Sequence record: PP695294.1 | DNA: 64,000 nt | Strand: one strand, 5' to 3' | In this document: positions 9,881-17,320 of the stretch, one piece after another | Position numbering within the stretch: position 1 is the stretch's first letter | How the letters are laid out: every line of letters begins with the position of its first letter | Translations under genes and position numbers: made by a program | Notes under the pieces: generated by a model | Told to the model about the DNA's origin: nothing | The model's input: only the letters and a program-made list of their open reading frames with translations | Databases searched by the model: none

Positions 9881-11254
9881 TTTCTGCAAAGAGCGGATCA
9901 AGAAGTACAACAACAACGCATTACGCAAAGCGGCCAACGCGGCTTCATGGCGGATATGTGTTTCACGTGCAGCCAGTTTCTCAATACGTTCACGTAACGA
10001 TAACACGTACGGATTGGGGGACTTCGAAGCCTGGTACAACGAACGCATACGCAGTAGAACCGTACTCGCATCGTTAAAGTTCAGACGAGAAGTAACAATT
10101 TCGTCGAACGCGTGCGATAGCGTGTCCTCCATGATAGCGTTAATCTCATCACGCTTTTTGCCAAGTGGTAGACTTGCAATATACGCCAGCAAAGTTTTCA
10201 GTGCCGCGGGAGATGCTTTGGGTACTAGCTCCAACACCACTTTTGCTAATTGCTCTTTGTAAAGATTGTTGATATCGTAAGACGCATCGAACAGATTCTG
10301 CTTAGCGATATCCAGTGCACCCACTTTGTCACGGATAATCGACTCACCATCTAACTCAATTCGGGTTGACTGCGTAATCACACGACTGTTATCACGACGC
10401 ACTTTGTCCAGCACCGCGTAATAGTCCTTCACGGTTTGTTTGGTACGGGTGTTCAGGTCGGTGATAAAACGCAATACCAGGTCTGGCGTATCAAAACGTT
10501 TAACCGCGTCGTAGTTTGGGTACTCCGGAGAACAGAAGTATTCTGAACGCTCCTGCATGTGCAGACCCCAATTGCCTAAACGACGGATATCGAACTTTAA
10601 CGACAACATCGAGTATGCGGCGTCGGCAGCGGCCATGTCGACCGGCTTGGGGAAGAAGTGATAATATATACTGGAGTAGAATTTGAATTGCAGAAGCGTT
10701 ACTAACGATACCGCCGCGGCGTGGATTTCACGATCGGCGAATTTCGACATCATTCGATGTAGAGTATACACCGTAGAGAGGTTATACGGATCACCCGCCA
10801 CTGCCCAGTCGGTGTTAATCGTACCCGATTCTTTAATCATCTCGAACAGATAATCTTCATCCACTTTCAAGACATCTTCAAAAAAGCGGTTACGGTCAGA
10901 ATCGTAGAAACGAATGGTGTGGACGCCTAATAGATTAGACCCTAGCCACTCCACATTGCCTTCACGTTTAAGAATGTTATCCACGTGAAGTTGAATTTGC
11001 TTTGCAAAACGACGATCGATAACGACGTGTTTAAAACATTCGTCAAACACTTTACGTAATCGGTCATTCTTCATGGCTTCTGCAGCAACTACCAACCCCA
11101 TCGGAACGTAGCCGCCAAAACCGTAGTCGTAATACAAGCCCGTAGAATACGTGTCATCGTCGAAGAATGGGTCACGTCCGAATGATTCGACGGCAACCTT
11201 CACTCCGGTATCACGATAACAACCGGCACTGAAATCATAAACCAATTCAGACAT
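9878..11254 (-). CDS. Conserved hypothetical protein, helical (458 aa)
   Basis: GAGG SD. Minus-strand AGTATGA late-type motif near 11291-11297. Confidence 0.65.
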   Translation of the reverse strand: MSELVYDFSAGCYRDTGVKVAVESFGRDPFFDDDTYSTGLYYDYGFGGYVPMGLVVAAEAMKNDRLRKVFDECFKHVVIDRRFAKQIQLHVDNILKREGNVEWLGSNLLGVHTIRFYDSDRNRFFEDVLKVDEDYLFEMIKESGTINTDWAVAGDPYNLSTVYTLHRMMSKFADREIHAAAVSLVTLLQFKFYSSIYYHFFPKPVDMAAADAAYSMLSLKFDIRRLGNWGLHMQERSEYFCSPEYPNYDAVKRFDTPDLVLRFITDLNTRTKQTVKDYYAVLDKVRRDNSRVITQSTRIELDGESIIRDKVGALDIAKQNLFDASYDINNLYKEQLAKVVLELVPKASPAALKTLLAYIASLPLGKKRDEINAIMEDTLSHAFDEIVTSRLNFNDASTVLLRMRSLYQASKSPNPYVLSLRERIEKLAARETHIRHEAALAALRNALLLYFLIRSLQK

Positions 11255-11269
11255 GGCGCTAAACCTCTA

Positions 11270-11278
11270 AAAATTTAC
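11270..11278 (+). promoter_or_regulatory. AAAATTTAC middle-promoter-like motif
   Basis: Same 9-mer occurs in intergenic DNA at 14699 and 38089. Resembles the phiKZ middle promoter consensus AAanntTAC. Confidence 0.55.
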
Positions 11279-11326
11279 GGATATATGTTATCATACTGAG
11301 AGTATACCTGAAGGAGATTTTACCCA

Positions 11327-12460
11327 ATGATGAACTATGAACGTAAGCACGCGTGGCAAGAAAAGCTACGCACGGGACAGATACATTCTGCCCAACAAGT
11401 GAAGATGTGGGTGCTGCCACACGGCGTCATCTGCGAAATGGTCCAGGTCGGAGGATTACCTATTCTTCGAAATGGTAAATACGATTCGATGAACACGGTA
11501 CTCGCACGCTTGCTGGCCGATGCAGGCATAATGGGTACCGTGATTTTATATTCAACCGCAACGATTCCTCAGAACCTTTCTCGCTGGTTAACACATTGGC
11601 TTTCCAATGACCCTAGCGAGGACGATCCGTGGCTACGTTCGATGACAGTGACAACAATGGGTCAACGGCCGACGAAACCCCTCCCATTCCAGGTCAATGT
11701 AATTGAACCAGCCATTCTGGAAGCGGGTGAAGTGTTTGAAGCAATCAAACATCGATCTCGCGATGTTAGCATCAGTCAGTTTCTTATCGAAGCGAATGAT
11801 GTGACTTACCGGCTGGAGCCCGTACGACGTATGGACGCTCGTATCATCGACTGCACAGAGTTTGGGTATGTCTTGCGCACACAGGGCAACCACACGTTCC
11901 TGGCATCGATGCTTTCTCGCCGCGTGCAGGGACAATTAGCACACTACAAAGTGTCCCCTGCTGACCTCGTCGGTACCGACGTTAAGGTCGAATACACAAT
12001 GTTTACCGAAGGGAATCGACTGTGTAATTTTAAGTCTCCGGTAGTCTATCGGAGTAAGGCACTTGATGCCTTAGGCGACCAGAATGTCCCGACATACGAT
12101 GGCCCCTATCCGTTTAAATCGCAAGCATCTGCAAACCGTGCGCTCCTTACGGTAACTCGGTGTAAACGCGCAGCGATCACACGGACCGATGGGGAAATCT
12201 ATGGTAAGGACACTGAGTCTGACGCAAAACTCTTTTCGTTCCGGCGTGGTGTAAAACCTGGATTGTATGCCGCAACGTTTGAAAAGGGGGATGACGTCGA
12301 GTTCTGGCAGTTCGACAGTGATTTTGCGGTAGATGCAATAGACCCAGAAGCGTTAGTGAGTGTCATCACAGACCAAATCTTTTACGCGACGGGTATGAGC
12401 CTGCTGGAAATCTTTTTAATGTACGATGCCAGATTACCTTCACAGTCAGTCAAAACGTAA
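11327..12460 (+). CDS. Hypothetical protein with a degenerate ATP-dependent DNA ligase-like fold
   Basis: 377 aa, GGAG SD. Ligase-like spacing (LRNGK; YRLEPVRRMDARIID; LVGTDVKVEY...FKSPV) but no KxDG motif. Confidence 0.5.
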   Translation: MMNYERKHAWQEKLRTGQIHSAQQVKMWVLPHGVICEMVQVGGLPILRNGKYDSMNTVLARLLADAGIMGTVILYSTATIPQNLSRWLTHWLSNDPSEDDPWLRSMTVTTMGQRPTKPLPFQVNVIEPAILEAGEVFEAIKHRSRDVSISQFLIEANDVTYRLEPVRRMDARIIDCTEFGYVLRTQGNHTFLASMLSRRVQGQLAHYKVSPADLVGTDVKVEYTMFTEGNRLCNFKSPVVYRSKALDALGDQNVPTYDGPYPFKSQASANRALLTVTRCKRAAITRTDGEIYGKDTESDAKLFSFRRGVKPGLYAATFEKGDDVEFWQFDSDFAVDAIDPEALVSVITDQIFYATGMSLLEIFLMYDARLPSQSVKT

Positions 12461-12470
12461 GGAGCATCCT

Positions 12471-12980
12471 ATGTTTACTGCGCCAACCATGCGGGTGGGG
12501 CAAGGTCTTAACCTGGTGGTACACGACCAGCGGTTAATCGACCTCTGTGACACAAGCATAATTACTGCGATGATGGACCATAACCCTTTAGGTGACTACG
12601 GAAATACCAGCGAGATTTTGGCTGTTGCTGCCGTCCTCCGTCGTATTTACGGTCAAATAACCATCGTAGATCTCTGTAACTTCATTGACAACCACAGAGA
12701 TTTAACTAAAGGGTTGGTCGCACTTACTCAAGATGGTGTGTCAAGTTTTGACAGTTCTCTTGGTAATTTCTTAGACATCGGTTCCGGGTTCGACTCCGGG
12801 TTAATGTTCATCACACGTGAACGCTACGTCGCCGTCTGGGAATTTCTGCAACGCATGGGTGTGCATGTTCCTGCAAAGATCATGCATTACCAAACTTACG
12901 ACCTGAATATTTTCGGGGAGCCAGGGTTATGGATAAAACCAGTACACCTTGGCCTTGATGGCTATACCATCAAGTGTTAA
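12471..12980 (+). CDS. Hypothetical protein (start revised to 12471, 169 aa)
   Basis: AAGGAG SD before ATG 12471; followed by a terminator. Confidence 0.65.
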   Translation: MFTAPTMRVGQGLNLVVHDQRLIDLCDTSIITAMMDHNPLGDYGNTSEILAVAAVLRRIYGQITIVDLCNFIDNHRDLTKGLVALTQDGVSSFDSSLGNFLDIGSGFDSGLMFITRERYVAVWEFLQRMGVHVPAKIMHYQTYDLNIFGEPGLWIKPVHLGLDGYTIKC

Positions 12981-12987
12981 GTCACTA

Positions 12988-13030
12988 GGCGTACTCTCTT
13001 CGGGGAGTACGCCAATCTTATTTTTTTTAT
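12988..13030 (+). terminator. Intrinsic terminator
   Basis: GGCGTACTCTC-TTCG-GGGAGTACGCC plus a long T-tract. Confidence 0.85.
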
Positions 13031-13671
13031 TTTTTTGATTATTTTTTAACCGGCCGGTTAAAGGGGGTCTAGGAGACGTCAGAAAATGATTAAGTGGTCT
13101 GGATGTAGGGTAGCTCGTTTTTGGCAGTTTATCGTTTTCTAGGGTCGGTTACGTGCGTTTTAGAGGGGGTTATGCATCGAGACAGAGAATTTATTTTTGT
13201 CGGGGCGAGGAAATTCAGGGAATGGGGATTCAGGATTGTATGTTTTTTAACCAGTTATTAAAAACGCTCTAGAAAGCGCTAGAACGAGATTTATACCTGA
13301 CCCAGTACACTTGGGTTCCCCCTACCGGAAAATCGCGCCAGCGGGCCGTTGAGAGCGCGAGAGTGCCATTCCCGTTTCGGTTCCGAGGTGACGGTCGCGG
13401 CCGGCGACGACGATCACACGTTGGGTAGCACTTCGTGCCATGTCTGGGTGAAAACTGGATCGTTCTGTAACCGACACACACTGTCGGTTACTTACGAGTT
13501 CTTTGGGTTGTTTAACTCGCTCTAAAATCCCCCTTAGGGGATAATTTAATCTAATTCTCAAAATTTCTTTTTAAAACAATCACTTAGATTGTTTTTTAGA
13601 TTGATCCTGTGGATCGGGTCGAAGACCCTTTCCTTATACGCGTGCGCGTGCGCACACCCGTATCCTCCAGG

Positions 13672-13781
13672 ATCTTTTAAAAGATATATAATAATATTAA
13701 ATATAATAATACCTTTAGGTATTATATTTAATTATTATAATTATTTATATAAATAAATATATTAATATATTAAGATCTTAA
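13672..13781. other. Extremely AT-rich element built from chained palindromes (candidate replication origin / DNA unwinding element)
   Basis: Perfect palindromes at 13672-13685, 13741-13756, 13756-13771 and 13770-13781; hairpin 13706-13725; flanked by ACGCGTGC boxes. Confidence 0.6.
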
Positions 13782-13869
13782 AACGCGTGCAGGCGCGCGC
13801 GTGATCCTTATTAAGAGATCGTGATCGGACGGAAGTCCTAGTTTGGGTACCCTGTGTATTTTTTACGTG

Positions 13870-13997
13870 GTTTCCCTATCGTGTGTTCAGACCACCACAC
13901 GACGTCCAAAACCCATAGCTTCGGTGGCCGCCTCCCTGGACGGCAGACTCTGACAAGTCGACCCACACCACCAACCCGTCCGGGGACGGATTTTTAT
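13870..13997 (+). ncRNA. Putative small structured RNA ending in a terminator
   Basis: Hairpins CGTGTG/CACACG and GCCG/CGGC; terminator CCGTCC/GGACGG plus TTTTT; no credible ORF. Confidence 0.35.
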
Positions 13998-14017
13998 TCC
14001 AACGACAAGCTCCACGA

Positions 14018-14093
14018 AAATCCCCGCAGAGGGACTCACTGCTGTGTGACTCACCGGCTCCTGGACGCCTACGCCTCGAGCCGGTAATTTTTT
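14018..14093 (+). ncRNA. Putative small structured RNA or terminator
   Basis: ACCGGCTC (14053-14060)/GAGCCGGT (14078-14085) stem plus TTTTTT, with small upstream hairpins. Confidence 0.35.
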
Positions 14094-14109
14094 GATTACG
14101 TGAGTTTGT

Positions 14110-14690
14110 TGTTATATGCGAATAGCGATTGACCGCGCCAATGGTCCAATCACTTTTAAACCCTGCACGCTAGGGCTCCAAGTCCTGGGACTGATACCCA
14201 GGACGCTTTTTCGAAAATACCTACCGTGGTGTCTTCGACAAAGCGCAATCTAACACTGCGTGATTTATTATGTTCTGGAAAACTTTCGCCGTGGAACAGA
14301 ACCGGTGAGCGTCGGCGGGGATTCCGACAATCACCACCCATTCAGGTACTCGGTAAATAACCGACCTGCCGACGGTGCTACGTCGGGCGTAGTTCGGTTT
14401 GCGAGAGTGTCGAGAAAGTCGACTGCGCACCCATGACAAAATCCGAGTTGACCGTGGCAGCGCCAGAGGACTGGGCAGCGGAGAGACGTCGTTGAACTTA
14501 CCTCCGATAGTTATCGCTGATTCCGCTCTGGCGTCGGGCCAAAACTGATTCGAATTCGGCGTTGCGTCGAAAAGGGGTCTGCGTGTAGAACCGCAGACTT
14601 GGGGGATAACTCCAAAGTGGGGTGATCGGATCTTGACGGCTCGGAATAGACGAGAGGGGCGGGTACTCCCGTTGAGAAACGACGGTACCT
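14110..14690 (+). ncRNA. Putative large (~580 nt) multi-domain structured ncRNA
   Basis: No SD-supported ORF. Nested helices 14442-14449/14638-14645, 14461-14468/14526-14533, 14182-14189/14197-14204 and 14577-14583/14592-14598. Confidence 0.6.
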
Positions 14691-14698
14691 GGCTGATT

Positions 14699-14707
14699 AA
14701 AATTTAC
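14699..14707 (+). promoter_or_regulatory. AAAATTTAC middle-promoter-like motif
   Basis: 44 nt upstream of the ATG at 14751; recurrent motif. Confidence 0.55.
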
Positions 14708-14750
14708 AGATTCTGCGTGAGGTATGATAAACCAAACGGAGAATTAAACC

Positions 14751-15326
14751 ATGAACTTGTATCGCGTCGGGTTTTACCGAAACGAGATGCCTGAATCGGT
14801 TTTGGTTGTCTTAGCCGAAAACGAGGAGCAGGCCAAATCCTTCTGGCCGGTTAGCGCAGAGCGTCCAGCGGTTGCGTGCTGCTACGACGGCGCTGTGTCT
14901 ACCCCGATGGTTACGCCTGGGGTGGTTCTGAAGCAAGGCCGTTGGGATGATTATTCCCATCCCGGTTTGGAATTTGTTTCCGAATCCGCCAGACACACCT
15001 GGAATCTTACCACGGGTAAAACCAGAGTGTACTTCGGCTACCAAGCCAAGCAACCGTCGATCATCAAGCTGTACCTGGTTTACAGCGACGTCGCTACCGA
15101 AGACTATGTCGACGCCGGAATCATCGTCGGGGCAACAACCCCCGAGGCGGCATTCGCACATTGGGACGGTGATAAACCCGGAATCGTTTCGGTCTGTGAG
15201 CTACCACTTGAAGCCGGTTTGGTTACGAACATCAAGTGTGAGCAAGGCCAGGAGCTGACTTGGATGCGCCAGGATTACCTGACGGAAACGACATTCGAGT
15301 ACACACCGAGGAAGGTGGCCCAATGA
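14751..15326 (+). CDS. Hypothetical protein with two copies of a small domain also found in 16048-16290
   Basis: GGAG SD. Repeats NLYRV...VLVVLAENEEQA and KLYLV...GIIVGATTPEAA. Confidence 0.7.
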   Translation: MNLYRVGFYRNEMPESVLVVLAENEEQAKSFWPVSAERPAVACCYDGAVSTPMVTPGVVLKQGRWDDYSHPGLEFVSESARHTWNLTTGKTRVYFGYQAKQPSIIKLYLVYSDVATEDYVDAGIIVGATTPEAAFAHWDGDKPGIVSVCELPLEAGLVTNIKCEQGQELTWMRQDYLTETTFEYTPRKVAQ

Positions 15327-15814
15327 CGACGATAGCGTTCGATGGAAAAGTCTTAGCTGCTGACGGCCAGTTAACCCGTGGGTCGAATATCTGCAACCTG
15401 AATACCCAGAAGTTATTCGTCTGCCCTTCTGACGAGGAATGGTGGATTACTGGTGAACGGATTGTGGCGTTCGGAGTAAGCGGCGACATCACAGGACAAT
15501 TGGCCCTGCTGGAAACTATCCGCTTGAGACCTGGTTACAAGGGGTTAACGCAAAGCTCGCAGTTACCTGCGAAGATGGATTTTACTTTCCTGATGCTTTT
15601 GGCCTCAGGAAAAGCGATAGTCGGCGGAAAACGTGAAGACGACGTGACGTTGTGGTGGAGTGAAGCCACACCACCTCTGGCAACCGGAAGCGGTTACGAG
15701 TACGCGTTGGGTGCGATGAAGATGGGCGCGAATGCGGTTCGTGCTGTTGAGATTGCGTCCGAATGCGATATCTACACCGGTGGTGAGATTAGCACTTACG
15801 AACTACGGAGGTGA
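15323..15814 (+). CDS. Ntn-hydrolase, HslV/proteasome beta-type threonine peptidase (start revised to 15323, 163 aa)
   Basis: ATGA overlap with the upstream gene. N-terminus M-TTIAFDGKVLAADGQ.T; conserved K in QKL; ATGSG; DIYTGG. Confidence 0.8.
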   Translation: MTTIAFDGKVLAADGQLTRGSNICNLNTQKLFVCPSDEEWWITGERIVAFGVSGDITGQLALLETIRLRPGYKGLTQSSQLPAKMDFTFLMLLASGKAIVGGKREDDVTLWWSEATPPLATGSGYEYALGAMKMGANAVRAVEIASECDIYTGGEISTYELRR

Positions 15815-15907
15815 ATCATGCGGGAGTCAGAAGCACGCAAGCTTGACCCCATCAATCGCCTGCGATAACGGGGTAGCGCATCCGTATAAACACGTTTAAA
15901 GAATTCT

Positions 15908-15983
15908 GGGGGTATGGCGCAATTGGTAGCGCACCGGTCTCCAAAACCGAAGGTTCGAGGTTCGAAACCTCGTGCCCCCGCCA
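15908..15983 (+). tRNA. trnW: tRNA-Trp(CCA)
   Basis: 76-nt cloverleaf: acceptor GGGGGUA/UGCCCCC, anticodon loop CU-CCA-AA, T-loop UUCGAAA, encoded 3' CCA. Confidence 0.93.
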
Positions 15984-16047
15984 CATTTAGCCAACGAATT
16001 CAGGTTCAACACAGAAGACACAGATTTGTCAACTGTTGGAGAACAAC

Positions 16048-16290
16048 ATGAATTTGTACTTGCTAGAACGAACTGACGATATCGGGTATGATGAATTTGA
16101 TTCCATAATCGTGGCGGCTCCTACGGAGCAAGCCGCGTGTGCAATTCCTCCCGACCGTGGTTATTGGATGGACTGCCGCTGGTTACCGAAAGAGCGCTGG
16201 GATGAAGGGCTTACCCTGACCGTTACTCTTATCGGCACTACGCACTATCCTGCTGGGACCGTCGTTCATGAATCGTTCAATGCTGGCTAA
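16048..16290 (+). CDS. Small hypothetical protein (80 aa), paralog of the 14751 domains
   Basis: GGAG SD before ATG 16048; MNLYLL...SIIVAAPTEQAA. Confidence 0.7.
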   Translation: MNLYLLERTDDIGYDEFDSIIVAAPTEQAACAIPPDRGYWMDCRWLPKERWDEGLTLTVTLIGTTHYPAGTVVHESFNAG

Positions 16291-16292
16291 AC

Positions 16293-16310
16293 AGTGGGCT
16301 TCGGCCCACT
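16293..16310 (+). other. cUUCGg hairpin with no U-tract at the start of the ncRNA array
   Basis: AGTGGGC-TTCG-GCCCACT. Confidence 0.6.
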
Positions 16311-16321
16311 AACCCTATTCG

Positions 16322-16470
16322 AGCCATGATACTTACTCAGATTGTGCGGGTTGATGTCCCGCATGAGCCGGTAGCAGCTCAGACCTACGGTAAACCGATA
16401 AATCCGTAGCAGCCAGGTACACAAAGCACCAGGTCGCTTGTACAGGATGCTGGGTATCTGACCGGTCATA
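16322..16470 (+). ncRNA. Putative structured ncRNA A (~150 nt)
   Basis: Helices TGCGGG/CCCGCA, TCAGA/TCTGA (16379/16457), CTACGG/CCGTAG, CAGC/GCTG and CCGGT/ACCGG. Confidence 0.5.
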
Positions 16471-16565
16471 ACCTCATTCGATACGAGACACGTTTATGCA
16501 TGAAATACTCCAGTACATCAGGATGTTGATTTCCAACGTCCGGTTCTGGGTATTCAATCATGTTT

Positions 16566-16687
16566 GGTTTACAGGCGATGGGTTTTCCCGTAAGGGCCCC
16601 ACTTACAGACTGGCGTCTCCACGACAACCGTCCCTAGGGGACAGGCAAGCACCGGCCCATTAAGCCGCCATGCTACGCCTGTAAATC
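16566..16687 (+). ncRNA. Putative structured ncRNA B (~120 nt)
   Basis: Perfect 10-bp closing stem TTTACAGGCG (16568-16577)/CGCCTGTAAA (16676-16685) enclosing CCC-GTAA-GGG, TGGCG/CGCCA and GTCCC/GGGAC. Confidence 0.6.
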
Positions 16688-16691
16688 CACA

Positions 16692-16893
16692 ATCTGATAA
16701 CCGAATGGGATTGAGTTCCCAGTGTTAGGGTGACTGTGTGTCACCGTAGGCGCGGTACCTCATACGGCCGGTACGCCACGAATGTACGTGATAGCGGGTG
16801 GTGCTTGGAGACGCTAAGACCTGACCTTGCGGCCAGGCTCAGAAGAAGAAGTCCATCACCTGCAATCAGAAATGAATTTAGGTTAATTATCGG
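16692..16893 (+). ncRNA. Putative structured ncRNA C (~200 nt)
   Basis: Closing pairing 16694-16702/16881-16893; GGTGAC/GTCACC; 10-bp helix 16794-16803/16854-16863 with G-U pairs. Confidence 0.5.
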
Positions 16894-16934
16894 AAGCGGC
16901 GAAATCGCTTACGTGATAACTTAGTAGTATGCAA

Positions 16935-17320
16935 CGAACAATACCAGAGTGACTTTACGAGGTTACTGTGGTATATGTCGGTGCTCCGGGCAACGTGTTG
17001 CCGCAGATAGGCCCGAGGGAGCTGAGTGCACTAACACACGCCGGGATGCACCGGCACCTTACAATGGGAGCGCTGTCACCATCAGTGATGACAGGAGTGA
17101 AGGATTCGTACCTCACTCGACTGGGCGGAAGCCTGGGCGTTCCCCCATCTTCACATCATGGCCGGCTTGCCGGTTCAACGTTGACGTCTCGTAAGAGATT
17201 TCCAGTCAGGCAACTGATAACACACCTAAGCGTCGACCTTGGACGTATGGTGTCTGGTTAAGTCCCCCGAAACGGAAACCAGTAGGGGTGTGGTACGTTG
17301 AGTGTAACTATCATGATGCC
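16935..17320 (+). ncRNA. Putative structured ncRNA D (~380 nt) directly upstream of a tRNA-like element
   Basis: Back-to-back helices ATACCA/TGGTAT, GGCAAC/GTTGCC, GCCGG/CCGGC, CTGTCA/TGACAG, GAGTGA/TCACTC, GACTGG/CCAGTC, TCTC-GTAA-GAGA and CTGGTT/AACCAG. Confidence 0.6.

Noticed and set aside
13269-14439. Short track ORFs at 13269, 13322, 13854, 14156 and 14221
   Set aside because: They lack SD sequences, have atypical R/P/S-rich composition, and overlap hairpins and terminators.
15796-15984. 62-aa minus-strand ORF
   Set aside because: It is the antisense shadow of tRNA-Trp (typical MAGARGFEPRT pattern).
16287-17261. Short track ORFs at 16287, 16730, 16949 and 16968
   Set aside because: They lack SD sequences and have atypical composition; dense RNA structure explains the region better.
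14110-17320. tmRNA, RNase P RNA, SRP RNA, hammerhead or group I/II intron identity for the ncRNA candidates
   Set aside because: Diagnostic motifs (GAGGAAAGUCC, tag ORF with tRNA-like ends, GGAAG/AGCAG loop, CUGANGA...GAAA core, P/Q/R/S) were not found by eye. A covariance-model search is still needed.
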